Part shown: one piece after another, positions 39,422-48,222 of the stretch
How positions within the stretch are numbered: position 1 is the stretch's first letter
Layout of the letters: each line of letters starts with the position of its first letter
IMG/VR virus record: IMGVR_UViG_3300028029_000006
Location: 216,236-280,235 of that record
Strand: one strand, 5' to 3'
From: a virus
Length of the DNA stretch: 64,000 nt
The notes under the pieces: model-generated
What the model saw: only the letters and a program-made list of their open reading frames with translations
Databases searched by the model: none
Told to the model about the DNA's origin: nothing
Translations under genes and position numbers: made by a program

Positions 39422-39733
39422 ATGATTGAGTATAAAGTAGAAGTTAACGATGATGTAACAAAATGGTATTTAAATGGTGAACTTCATAGAGAAGACGATC
39501 AGCCAGCTCTTGAATATACTCAAGGACTTAATATTTGGTATGTAAATGGTAAACGCCATAGAGAAAATGGCGCAGCGGTTGAGTTTCCAGATGGAAAAAA
39601 ATATTGGTGGCTTGAAGGTAAAAACTATTTTGAAGAAGAGTTCAACGAAAAAATCAAATACAAACAAGATTCTTGTAATGGTAAGATGGTTGAAGTTGAT
39701 GGTAAGAAATATAAATTAGTTGAATTAGAATAA
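39422..39733 (+). CDS. Beta-hairpin repeat protein
   Basis: Repeats plus the shared tail. Confidence 0.88.
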   Translation: MIEYKVEVNDDVTKWYLNGELHREDDQPALEYTQGLNIWYVNGKRHRENGAAVEFPDGKKYWWLEGKNYFEEEFNEKIKYKQDSCNGKMVEVDGKKYKLVELE

Positions 39734-39738
39734 TTATT

Positions 39739-40104
39739 ATGATTGAGTATAAAGTAGAAGTTTATGATAATGAAACTGTTTGGCGTTTAGATGGTAAATT
39801 GCATAGAGAAGGAGATTTGCCAGCTGTTGAGAGGTCAGAGGGTCATAAAGAGTGGTGGCTGAATGGTAAACTTCATAGAGAGAATAATAAACCTGCTAAA
39901 ATACTTTCAAATGGCTCCAAATTGTGGTTTGTAAATGGGAGGCTTCATAGAACAAATGGGGCAGCTATTGAGTGGGACAGATGGGGTAGAGAATGGTTTA
40001 TTGATGGGTTCACTTTTTGTGAACACACATACCTTACAGGTCTTAAACATTTTAATAAAAATTTAAAAACCAAACAAGAATCTTGCAATAACAATTGTAG
40101 TTGA
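39739..40104 (+). CDS. Beta-hairpin repeat protein
   Basis: Repeats; the tail appears truncated after QESCN. Confidence 0.85.
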   Translation: MIEYKVEVYDNETVWRLDGKLHREGDLPAVERSEGHKEWWLNGKLHRENNKPAKILSNGSKLWFVNGRLHRTNGAAIEWDRWGREWFIDGFTFCEHTYLTGLKHFNKNLKTKQESCNNNCS

Positions 40105-40301
40105 TGGTAATTATTATGATTCACACATCAGATTCTCTACTTAAAGATATTAGAAAGCTAACCAAAGCTATCAATAAAGCAACTACCGATGAGGAGTGTG
40201 CAGAATTAGGAATCAAACTTGCATCTAAATTTGAAGACTTAGATGTTTGGATGAGCGAAGGTGAATATCCACCAATAGAATAGCTAAAGAGGTTTGAATT
40301 A

Positions 40302-40381
40302 GGGGTTGGAAGTTATCTACACTAACCCGTTAGATGACAAGGTAGGCAATGGGTAGCCGGGTTCGAATCCCACCAACCCCA
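40302..40381 (+). ncRNA. Atypical tRNA-like RNA with possible internal pseudoknot
   Basis: GGGGTTG/CAACCCC-A acceptor; GGG-TTCGAAT-CCC T-loop; GTTATCTA/TAGATGAC hairpin whose loop ACCCGT can pair with ATGGGT. Confidence 0.55.
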
Positions 40382-40577
40382 CTAACATTTTAACATATAA
40401 ACATAATGGTAATAAATAAAAATATTGTAATTCTAGATAGCATTTTTCAAAACCTCAAACTTCTCGAAAAGATTGATGAATCCAGAGAGAACATTAAAGA
40501 ACAACACAAACAAAAAGAAATCCTTAAACAATATCAAGAATGTACTAAGCAATTGTTAGATTAAAAGAAAGATAATT

Positions 40578-40808
40578 ATGAATGAAAAAAATATATGGTC
40601 CCGTCCACCCCGATTCGCTCTCAAAGAAATTCGTCAGAGAGAGCATGCAGAGCGAGCAAAGGCTCGTGCCAAGTTGACTATGGCTCAGAAGCTTAAGGCT
40701 CTTGACGACCTCCTGGGGGTCGGGCAAGGGGCCAAGAGAGAACGAGCCAAGCTCGAAGCTCGTCTTGCCAAGAAAGGTCAACCACGAGAAACCAAAAGTG
40801 AGCAATAA
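40578..40808 (+). CDS. Small basic helical protein
   Basis: AAGAAAG RBS; visibly GC-rich codons. Confidence 0.8.
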   Translation: MNEKNIWSRPPRFALKEIRQREHAERAKARAKLTMAQKLKALDDLLGVGQGAKRERAKLEARLAKKGQPRETKSEQ

Positions 40809-42128
40809 ACTTAGTTTAAAAGACTTGTTGGTTTTGGCTGAAGATGTTAAGATGTCTTCAACTGAAATAGAACAACAACGTAAAAGTTTTGCTAGAGGTT
40901 TAATTCCATTCAGAACCAACGAAGATCAAAAATTAAAAGTTATATCTTTTGGTGGATTAATGTTGTTATCAGATCTTGATTTTAATTTTATTAATCAAGT
41001 AATAGAACTTGCTTGTGTAGACCAAGGCGTTTATGATTTAATGAAGCTATGGTCTGAAGAAAAAAAACAAGAAAAAAAAGATAATATCCTTAATGACTTA
41101 AAGAAATCTTTGATTGATTATGAAGTGGGCACGTAAAAAAATAGGTGAATCTGGTTATTATTGGTATCGAGCAAGTATAGAACATTGTTGGTGGCAAGGT
41201 ATTATTAAGATTTATCGGCCGGCAACTGTTGGTTTATTGAAGAGTAACCTAACTGTTTCTGGCTGTCATTGGACAGATGATTTACTTGAGTTAACTTCAG
41301 ATTTAGATGCTGATTGGGCAGGACCAATAACAGAACCAGAGGAATAAATGGAAGATGAGTTCCCAGATTTTAATGAAGTAACCATGTGGCGAATTGATTA
41401 TATGAGAGATGGTAAATTCTATTGGATTAAATTTGTTTCAGAAAACAAAATGAACATATGGCTTGAAGAGAATAAGCCAAGAATTTTTACCAAGACTAAA
41501 ACAAATGGTAGTTTGGTAGGTGGATAAATGAGTTATAGAGAAAACGCAAAGCAAGAAGAATTAACTGTTGATAAAGCTATTATATTTATTATTTATAGAA
41601 ATGACAATGAAATAATTGTATGTTTGTTTAGTGATGAACCCCAAACTGTTAAAGAATATTTCACTGAAGGTGGACGGTCAGTTGATGATTATGATCGTGA
41701 ACTTATTAGTGGTAAAAGTTTCGCTATTCTTAGCGAATTAAGAATTGATTAAACAACAATAATGTTGTTAATTATTAAAACAGTAGTAAATTATTTATTA
41801 AGGAAAAACAAAATGGCACGTAAAAAAGTAACTTTTGAAGAGGTTAAAGCAGATTTTCAGAAGGTTAAAGGGTTTCTGAATGTTTCAGCAGACCTTAAAC
41901 CAGTTAAGGGAAGCAGCACTGATTGTTGTATTGTTACTGGATCTTCGGTTGAGGTAGTAACTCTTAGTTCAATGAAGACAGGTCTTAATGTTGTTAAGTT
42001 CTTGGTTGGAGTTGCAAACACTAGTGATGATGATGATGATCCTGATGTGGGTGAAGCTAGCGTTTGATTTATTTTGATGGTAGTACAGGAGAGCCGCGAA
42101 AGCCTACTTAACAGCGGCAATTAGAATT

Positions 42129-42848
42129 ATGCAACAAGAATTAAATTTAGTTGAGTCAAAAGAATTATCTCTTGAAGAGATGTTATCTGTTCTTAATAAA
42201 GAATATGATAAGAATAAAAAGAATATTTTTAGTGGTAGCAATATAAAAAAAATGCTAAATATATCTGATTTTAAATTTATTTATCATTTAAGCTCATTCT
42301 TAAAAGAAAATGGATGGGTAACTAAAACTAGAGTTGGTTATATTAAAGATAAGTTAAAATCTAATGAATATTTATTGAAAATGAACAGTTATCTTTCTGT
42401 TCTTAATAAAGAGTTTAATAGAGAGAATAATTTCTTCTCTATTAAAGATATTATGTTGACGCTTCAAATAAAACGTCAAACACTTAACACAAATTTCTTA
42501 CCATTCTTAAAAAGAAATGGTTGGATGTCTAAAAATACTTATGGCTATGCCCCTCAAAAGTACTTTGAAGAAAAAGCAATTTCTAAATCAAAGAATAATT
42601 CAATTAAATCACATGAAACTTTTAATCATGCTGAGGTTGAGCTAGCAATGGTAGAGAAACCAACTGAAGAAATGATCAAGAAAGATCTTGCTTTTGCTCA
42701 AGACATGTACTATAATCATATCAGAACTTTGTTTGATGACATCAGAGCTGCATCAGACAACCCAGCTTTAGAAAAGTTTCGAGATGAAATTGAAACTTTT
42801 TCTAAAAACACACAACAACATTTAATAAAGGTAATTGAAAGACTATGA
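42129..42848 (+). CDS. Hypothetical protein with two tandem winged-helix-like repeats
   Basis: Internal duplication LSVLNKE...FS...I...L.I.......FLKxNGW..K...GY. Confidence 0.75.
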   Translation: MQQELNLVESKELSLEEMLSVLNKEYDKNKKNIFSGSNIKKMLNISDFKFIYHLSSFLKENGWVTKTRVGYIKDKLKSNEYLLKMNSYLSVLNKEFNRENNFFSIKDIMLTLQIKRQTLNTNFLPFLKRNGWMSKNTYGYAPQKYFEEKAISKSKNNSIKSHETFNHAEVELAMVEKPTEEMIKKDLAFAQDMYYNHIRTLFDDIRAASDNPALEKFRDEIETFSKNTQQHLIKVIERL

Positions 42849-43162
42849 CAAATTTTACAAATCAACACAAAGCAATTGAAGTTCTTCTCGGACGTTTTAT
42901 GCGTACTCGCAAAATCAACCAAAGAGCAACTCTTAGTCACTTTGTGTCTTATCTAAAGACCAACAAGGACGTTAAAACTCAAATGAAAGGCTTTGGTCAT
43001 CATAGATTGCATCGAGTTGTTTCTCATGCACTTGAAGCTGGAGCTTATTCAGACTTCCGTCTGAGTATGGGTGTTGGTATTGTTCCAACTAATTACGCTA
43101 AGCAACTTAGGTTTAGTACTTTTGAGCCCACTCTTAATCAAAGGAAACGTTTAGGTCTTTGA
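42845..43162 (+). CDS. Small basic protein
   Basis: ATGA-coupled; 105 aa. Confidence 0.75.
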   Translation: MTNFTNQHKAIEVLLGRFMRTRKINQRATLSHFVSYLKTNKDVKTQMKGFGHHRLHRVVSHALEAGAYSDFRLSMGVGIVPTNYAKQLRFSTFEPTLNQRKRLGL

Positions 43163-43172
43163 ATTAAATAAC

Positions 43173-43218
43173 AATTAACTTGACATGGTATTATTTATTT
43201 AGCCATGTCAAGTTAATT
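43173..43218. repeat. 16-bp perfect inverted repeat containing TTGACA
   Basis: AATTAACTTGACATGG-N14-CCATGTCAAGTTAATT. Confidence 0.8.
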
Positions 43219-43239
43219 CTACGCATAAAGAAAATAATA

Positions 43240-43671
43240 ATGATTTTTTATTTTGAAGAAGAAGGTTGCGCAACTGAAATTGAAGCTGATAACGAAAAGA
43301 AAGCTATCACTAAGTACTTCAGTGATGTTTCAATTGAAGATTATATCCCTGATGCAAACAAAACTATCCATGTAGAATTTTTAGTTTCATCTAAACAGCT
43401 TAATTATGGAGATTATTGCCCATCTAATTATCACAGATTAGATCCTATTGCTGACAGTTGTACTGGTGATGGTCACAAGTGGACTAGCCCTTATGAAATT
43501 GTTGGTGGGCTAAAAGAGAACCCTGGAGTTACTGGTAATGGAGGCGGACTAATCATCAGAGAAATTTGCAAATATTGTCAGCTTGAAAAAGTTACTAACA
43601 CTTGGGATACAAATCCAGAAACTGGCCAAAAAGTTGAGACCATTAAGTATTTAAGAGGTGATGATGGGTGA
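43240..43671 (+). CDS. Hypothetical protein
   Basis: Likely start MIFYFE; GGLKENPGV.GNGGG motif. Confidence 0.75.
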   Translation: MIFYFEEEGCATEIEADNEKKAITKYFSDVSIEDYIPDANKTIHVEFLVSSKQLNYGDYCPSNYHRLDPIADSCTGDGHKWTSPYEIVGGLKENPGVTGNGGGLIIREICKYCQLEKVTNTWDTNPETGQKVETIKYLRGDDG

Positions 43672-44035
43672 TTTTTTAGATGATGATCCAGAGATTGCAC
43701 GTAGGATTTTGTTCTATGTTGTATTGATTGGTTTTATTAGTGTAGGTATTTTCTTCGTATCAGGCTGGTTACGTCCTGTTGGTCTTGCAATGAAACGAAA
43801 AACTGACGTACAAAGCCATCAATATGTTGAAGCAAGGAAAACTGAGCTTTCAACATTTGTTGAAACGTATGATGAATTAGATGTTGATATTGCTAAGTAT
43901 GAAGACTTGGGTAAAGATAAGATCGTTTTAGGTTTGAAGGCTCAAAAAAAATCTTTGAAGAAGAAGATTCGAGCAACGTTAATTAAAATTCCAGTAAGTG
44001 ATCGTCCCGCAGGGATGGAAAGGTTTCTTAGATGA
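43658..44035 (+). CDS. Membrane-anchored coiled-coil protein
   Basis: TM helix then coiled coil; coupled to the next gene. Confidence 0.8.
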   Translation: MMMGDFLDDDPEIARRILFYVVLIGFISVGIFFVSGWLRPVGLAMKRKTDVQSHQYVEARKTELSTFVETYDELDVDIAKYEDLGKDKIVLGLKAQKKSLKKKIRATLIKIPVSDRPAGMERFLR

Positions 44036-44595
44036 TTAAGAATAATATTTGTTTGATTGCAATTTTAGGATTGAGCGTTGTTGGTTGTATGGACTCTGCT
44101 GAAGATAAAGACAGAGAAGCCGTTGCGGATCAACAAAAAACATATCAAGTAGCTCAACCAATTCCTAAGTTTGATCATAGTTCAGAGCGAGCAGTAGCAA
44201 TTCAGCTTTATATTGCTAGGAATAACAAGGTAGCTACACATACAGTGTGGCGCTCTGATACTGGAATTGTAGAAGGTGATTGTCCATCTGTTGGTTATCC
44301 TCTTCCCTATGATACCAGTTTAACTAATCCACTTAAAGTTGCTCGTTCAAGTATGGAACATTCCAAAGTGCTTGAGCAAGCAGAACCTAATGGTCTTTAT
44401 TCTTCTAAGAATAGCACTGCTACTTGGGTTCGATGTGTAACTTTGGTTGTTGGTAAAGATGTTGAAGCTCCAATTTATGTTGAGAGTAAAGTGACAGCTT
44501 ATCCATTCCCAGTTGAGGTTGATTACAAGACTAATAGAGTCAAACCTGTTGAAGGAGCAGTGCCAACAGTTACTATTAAAAACACTAGTAAGTAA
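44032..44595 (+). CDS. Putative lipoprotein
   Basis: LSVVG-C lipobox. Confidence 0.8.
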   Translation: MIKNNICLIAILGLSVVGCMDSAEDKDREAVADQQKTYQVAQPIPKFDHSSERAVAIQLYIARNNKVATHTVWRSDTGIVEGDCPSVGYPLPYDTSLTNPLKVARSSMEHSKVLEQAEPNGLYSSKNSTATWVRCVTLVVGKDVEAPIYVESKVTAYPFPVEVDYKTNRVKPVEGAVPTVTIKNTSK

Positions 44596-44904
44596 TATTT
44601 AACAATTTAATTAATGCTTAATGATGAGATAAATGATGTTGCACTTGCTTTTACTTTTTGGGCAGTTATATTTTTACTTTATAAATTTCTTTGAGAAAGA
44701 TTCTGATGAATAAAAGAATAAAATTTAAACGTAATGATAATATATTAACATTCGCAAGTGCTAATTATTTAAATGGCAAAGGTTTAATTATTGAAGAGAA
44801 GCTTCATAAAGGATTCTCAACAGATGTTAAAACTAGATTTGGTCTAACTATCAATGATGCTCGTGAACTTCGAGATTTCCTTAATGTATTCTTAGGAGAA
44901 TAAT

Positions 44905-45321
44905 ATGAGTGATAATAAAAAGCAACATTGCTATAACTGTGAAGATGGTTATTATAAAGAGATGACAGGGCCAGGTAGAAAATACTGTTTATTGAAGGGC
45001 GTTTATTTAGAAACACCTTCACATATAACAACTATTGAATGCGAATGCGGGTCTTCTCTTTCCACTGTTGAAGAGTGTGAAGAGATTTGTGATATCTTAT
45101 ATAAAGAATTAGCTTTAATGATTAAAAATTATGTTAAAGATATTATAATTAAACATAATTCTCCTCAAGAGGAAATTGAAAGAGGGTTAAGAGTTAACCC
45201 ATTACTGTTTCCTAAAATGATTTCTGGAGAAAAACTTCCTACAGGTCAAATTATTGGCATGTTGGATTTGTTTTTAAATGTTCCAGGAGCTTTTGAGCAC
45301 TTAAGGTTTAATAATGAATAA
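44905..45321 (+). CDS. MqsA-like Zn-finger/HTH protein
   Basis: CYNC...ECEC, then an HTH-like region ending ISGEKLPT. Confidence 0.65.
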   Translation: MSDNKKQHCYNCEDGYYKEMTGPGRKYCLLKGVYLETPSHITTIECECGSSLSTVEECEEICDILYKELALMIKNYVKDIIIKHNSPQEEIERGLRVNPLLFPKMISGEKLPTGQIIGMLDLFLNVPGAFEHLRFNNE

Positions 45322-45781
45322 TACATTGGAATTTAAACGTGATGATAATATATTAACAGTGGTTAGTTCCGAAGATTTAGGAAGGTGTTGGGATTGTGGG
45401 GGTTATTATAAGTTAGCAACTGGTTTAGGTAGGAGATATGAAATGCTACGTGGTGTTTCCTTAGAGATCCCTGAAGACTTACCTACTATTGAGTGTGATA
45501 ATTGTGATGGCGGGCTAAGCGATTCTCTTTTCACAGGAGCAGTTCAAGTTGCGTTGGAGAAAAAGTTAACTTTAATAGTTAGAAAATTTGTTAGTGATAT
45601 TATAGAGAGACATAATACTACTCAATATGAATTTGAAAACGCATTAAAAATTAATCGTTCTTACTTTTCTAAGATTATGGCTGGCATGGAACAACCAACA
45701 AGTATTATCATTAGCGTGTTGGATATGATTTTAAATGTTCCTGATGTTTTTGTTCGGTTAAGGCTTAAAAATGAGTACTGA
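45314..45781 (+). CDS. MqsA-like Zn-finger/HTH protein, paralog of 44905
   Basis: CWDC...CDNC; TQYEFENALKINRSYFSKIMAGMEQPT. Confidence 0.7.
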   Translation: MNNTLEFKRDDNILTVVSSEDLGRCWDCGGYYKLATGLGRRYEMLRGVSLEIPEDLPTIECDNCDGGLSDSLFTGAVQVALEKKLTLIVRKFVSDIIERHNTTQYEFENALKINRSYFSKIMAGMEQPTSIIISVLDMILNVPDVFVRLRLKNEY

Positions 45782-46251
45782 TAAATTAGATAAGGCGGTA
45801 GATAAATTAGCACAGTATCTACCAAAACTTAGTGATGATGTTGTAACCAACACTCAAGTCATCTTAGCAGGAGTTGATGAACTCAAAAGATTAAGAGCAG
45901 AAGGCGAGTTGCTTAAGAAAGCCTTAAAAGATATTGGTTATGCTTGGTCAACCATTAATTCAAAAAATCATGAAGTAAGTTTGATTTTGGATCAGTTTGT
46001 TTCTAAACCTAAGTACTGGGTTGATTTTTTAGAAAAAGATGATGAATAATGAAATGAATAAAAAATATTTTCTTAACCACAATAAATTAAATGAAAATAA
46101 CTAAAGAAGAGCTTGAGGATGCTAGGGATTTGTTAGTTAAATATGCTAAAGACTGGGACAGATCTTTAGAAGAATCTATTTTAGTTTTTGCAGAACTAAT
46201 TAATCAATTAACAAATATAGATATTCCTAAAGATAAATTAAATTAAAGCAA

Positions 46252-46641
46252 ATGAATATAGATAAAGAAATTAATTGGAGAGAATTTTATTCTAGGTGTT
46301 GGAATGTTTTAATTAAGCATGCTGGCGTTAACAACAGTATGAAAAATCATTTTATTTATTGCATGTTGATAGAAGAACATCCCACAAATGAATATAGATT
46401 TGGTGGTGTGTTTGGTATGGGTGGTAAATTTTGGCGACATAATAGTAAGATCTATATCAATTACTATCATGAAGACCGCTCATCTAAATTAGATAAGGTT
46501 CAAAGTTTAATTAATAATTATCTTTTAGAAATTCAGGATGAGTTCTTGGGTAGTAATGTGGGATTATTTGGTCCGCCTATTAGGCATAATAAAGAAATAG
46601 AGTTTAATAAAAGGAATGATTTTCCTTTAGAAAGAAGTTAA
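46252..46641 (+). CDS. Hypothetical protein
   Basis: EYRFGGVFGMGGKFW motif. Confidence 0.75.
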   Translation: MNIDKEINWREFYSRCWNVLIKHAGVNNSMKNHFIYCMLIEEHPTNEYRFGGVFGMGGKFWRHNSKIYINYYHEDRSSKLDKVQSLINNYLLEIQDEFLGSNVGLFGPPIRHNKEIEFNKRNDFPLERS

Positions 46642-46778
46642 TGGAAAAATTATTAAGTTGGATACCGTCGTTTGTTTTTTCTACACTTGTGGTAATTTGC
46701 GTAGCTTTACATAATCCAAATTTTGCTATTTCATTTTTTACTGTACCAGTAATTACTGGTTTGTTTGCAAAGGTTTAA

Positions 46779-47135
46779 ATGTCATCAGTATATATAAATC
46801 CACGTCCGTTACTTCAAGTTGAAAAAACTGGCGCCCAAGGTCTTGGCAACTGCTATCGAGCGACTTATGTTAAGATAACGAGTCTAAAAAAGATTAGCGA
46901 ATCTAAAATCAAAGAGATGTACAGTCTTGGATTACTGCATGGTGGTGGTCAAGAATTTTACATTCATTCTCAGTGTGACGGTAAAGAAGAGGCAACTGGA
47001 CATGATGAAGTGTTCAGTATTGATTCCGAAACTGGGGAGCGAGCTATTAATAAATATAGTGGAGAAGTTAATAAAGCTTTATTATACCCTTATTATGAAT
47101 ATAATGTTGAGTACAGAGTTGATTCAGGCGGTTAA
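46779..47135 (+). CDS. Hypothetical protein
   Basis: 118-aa ORF. Confidence 0.75.
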   Translation: MSSVYINPRPLLQVEKTGAQGLGNCYRATYVKITSLKKISESKIKEMYSLGLLHGGGQEFYIHSQCDGKEEATGHDEVFSIDSETGERAINKYSGEVNKALLYPYYEYNVEYRVDSGG

Positions 47136-47146
47136 AGGAAAATGAA

Positions 47147-47575
47147 ATGAAGAGATTAAGTTTGTTATTGCTGTTAATTCCAGCATGTGCTATTGGTGAG
47201 ATTGAAGAGGTTTTTGAAAAAGTAGATGGAGCTATGAAGAATCTAGATGCTTCTTCATGTATCCTTGTCTGCAATGAAGGTGATGGCACTGAAGCTGGTG
47301 GCGCTAAAGAATGTAGAGATGAGTGTGATGTTTACGGTGATCAATGTATGGTTGAGGTTAATCTTTGTGAAGAACAAGGGTTAGCTATCTGTGAACAAGC
47401 ATCATCTGATAAGGCGTTTGATGATTGTGTTGACGTAATCAAGAAGGATTGTGATCAAAGATGTGCTGATTTGGAAGAGATGTGTGAGGAAACATGTTTG
47501 GATGTAGCTCTTCAATGTGTGTCTGCTTGTGTTAAGGAAATGGAGGATGAGTTTAAGGATATTAATTTAAAATGA
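47147..47575 (+). CDS. Cys-rich acidic lipoprotein
   Basis: LIPA-C lipobox; repeated CxxxC helices. Confidence 0.78.
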   Translation: MKRLSLLLLLIPACAIGEIEEVFEKVDGAMKNLDASSCILVCNEGDGTEAGGAKECRDECDVYGDQCMVEVNLCEEQGLAICEQASSDKAFDDCVDVIKKDCDQRCADLEEMCEETCLDVALQCVSACVKEMEDEFKDINLK

Positions 47576-47940
47576 GTGAAAATAATAATGGGTATTTGTT
47601 TTTTGGTATTAGTGATTACGATAATTGCGGTGATTATTTTAATATAATTAAAAAATTAAAACTACCGATAACGAATCCAAAGGATGATTATGATTATGGA
47701 ATATTTTTAATAAATAAATCCTTACCTAAAGGATTAAAATGTGGTTATCATAATAGATATGATAGACCTATGCCAATGATTTATATTCTAAAAACCTATT
47801 TAGATACTTATGAAACATATCCAAAAAGATTTAAGGAGTTACCTAATGTTAACCTGAAGTTAATTAAAATGCTGGAAGTTTACGCACAAAAACTTGGTTG
47901 GAAAAATCCAAGTTGGATGATTGCTAGTTGTATCGATTGA
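47572..47940 (+). CDS. Hypothetical protein
   Basis: ATGA-coupled ORF. Confidence 0.7.
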   Translation: MSENNNGYLFFGISDYDNCGDYFNIIKKLKLPITNPKDDYDYGIFLINKSLPKGLKCGYHNRYDRPMPMIYILKTYLDTYETYPKRFKELPNVNLKLIKMLEVYAQKLGWKNPSWMIASCID

Positions 47941-48200
47941 TTAATTGATATTAAATAATTGTTAGTTTTATTGAAAGAGTGAGTTATAGTTATGAGTGAT
48001 TTTGAACGAGATGATAATACAACTGTTGACCTTTTAAGTGAGGTTGGGGTTAATGTTTATGAAGAGGACATTGCGGATTGGACTGATAAGCAAGTTCAAG
48101 AGGCTGAAAATTGGGCTTCTGCAATGTATGCGTCTACATTTAGTGGAGTAGAAGTTCCTCCCAGACCTGAGTGGATTGAAATAACGGCTGCTTAAATTAA

Positions 48201-48222
48201 ATGCCGGGTGCGAGCCCGGCAT
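48201..48222 (+). terminator. GC-rich hairpin, possible intrinsic terminator
   Basis: ATGCCGGG-TGCGAG-CCCGGCAT followed by T-rich sequence. Confidence 0.5.

Noticed and set aside
42070-42120. Fluoride, SAH or guanidine riboswitch
   Set aside because: Required conserved nucleotides are missing; kept only as a weak pseudoknot candidate.
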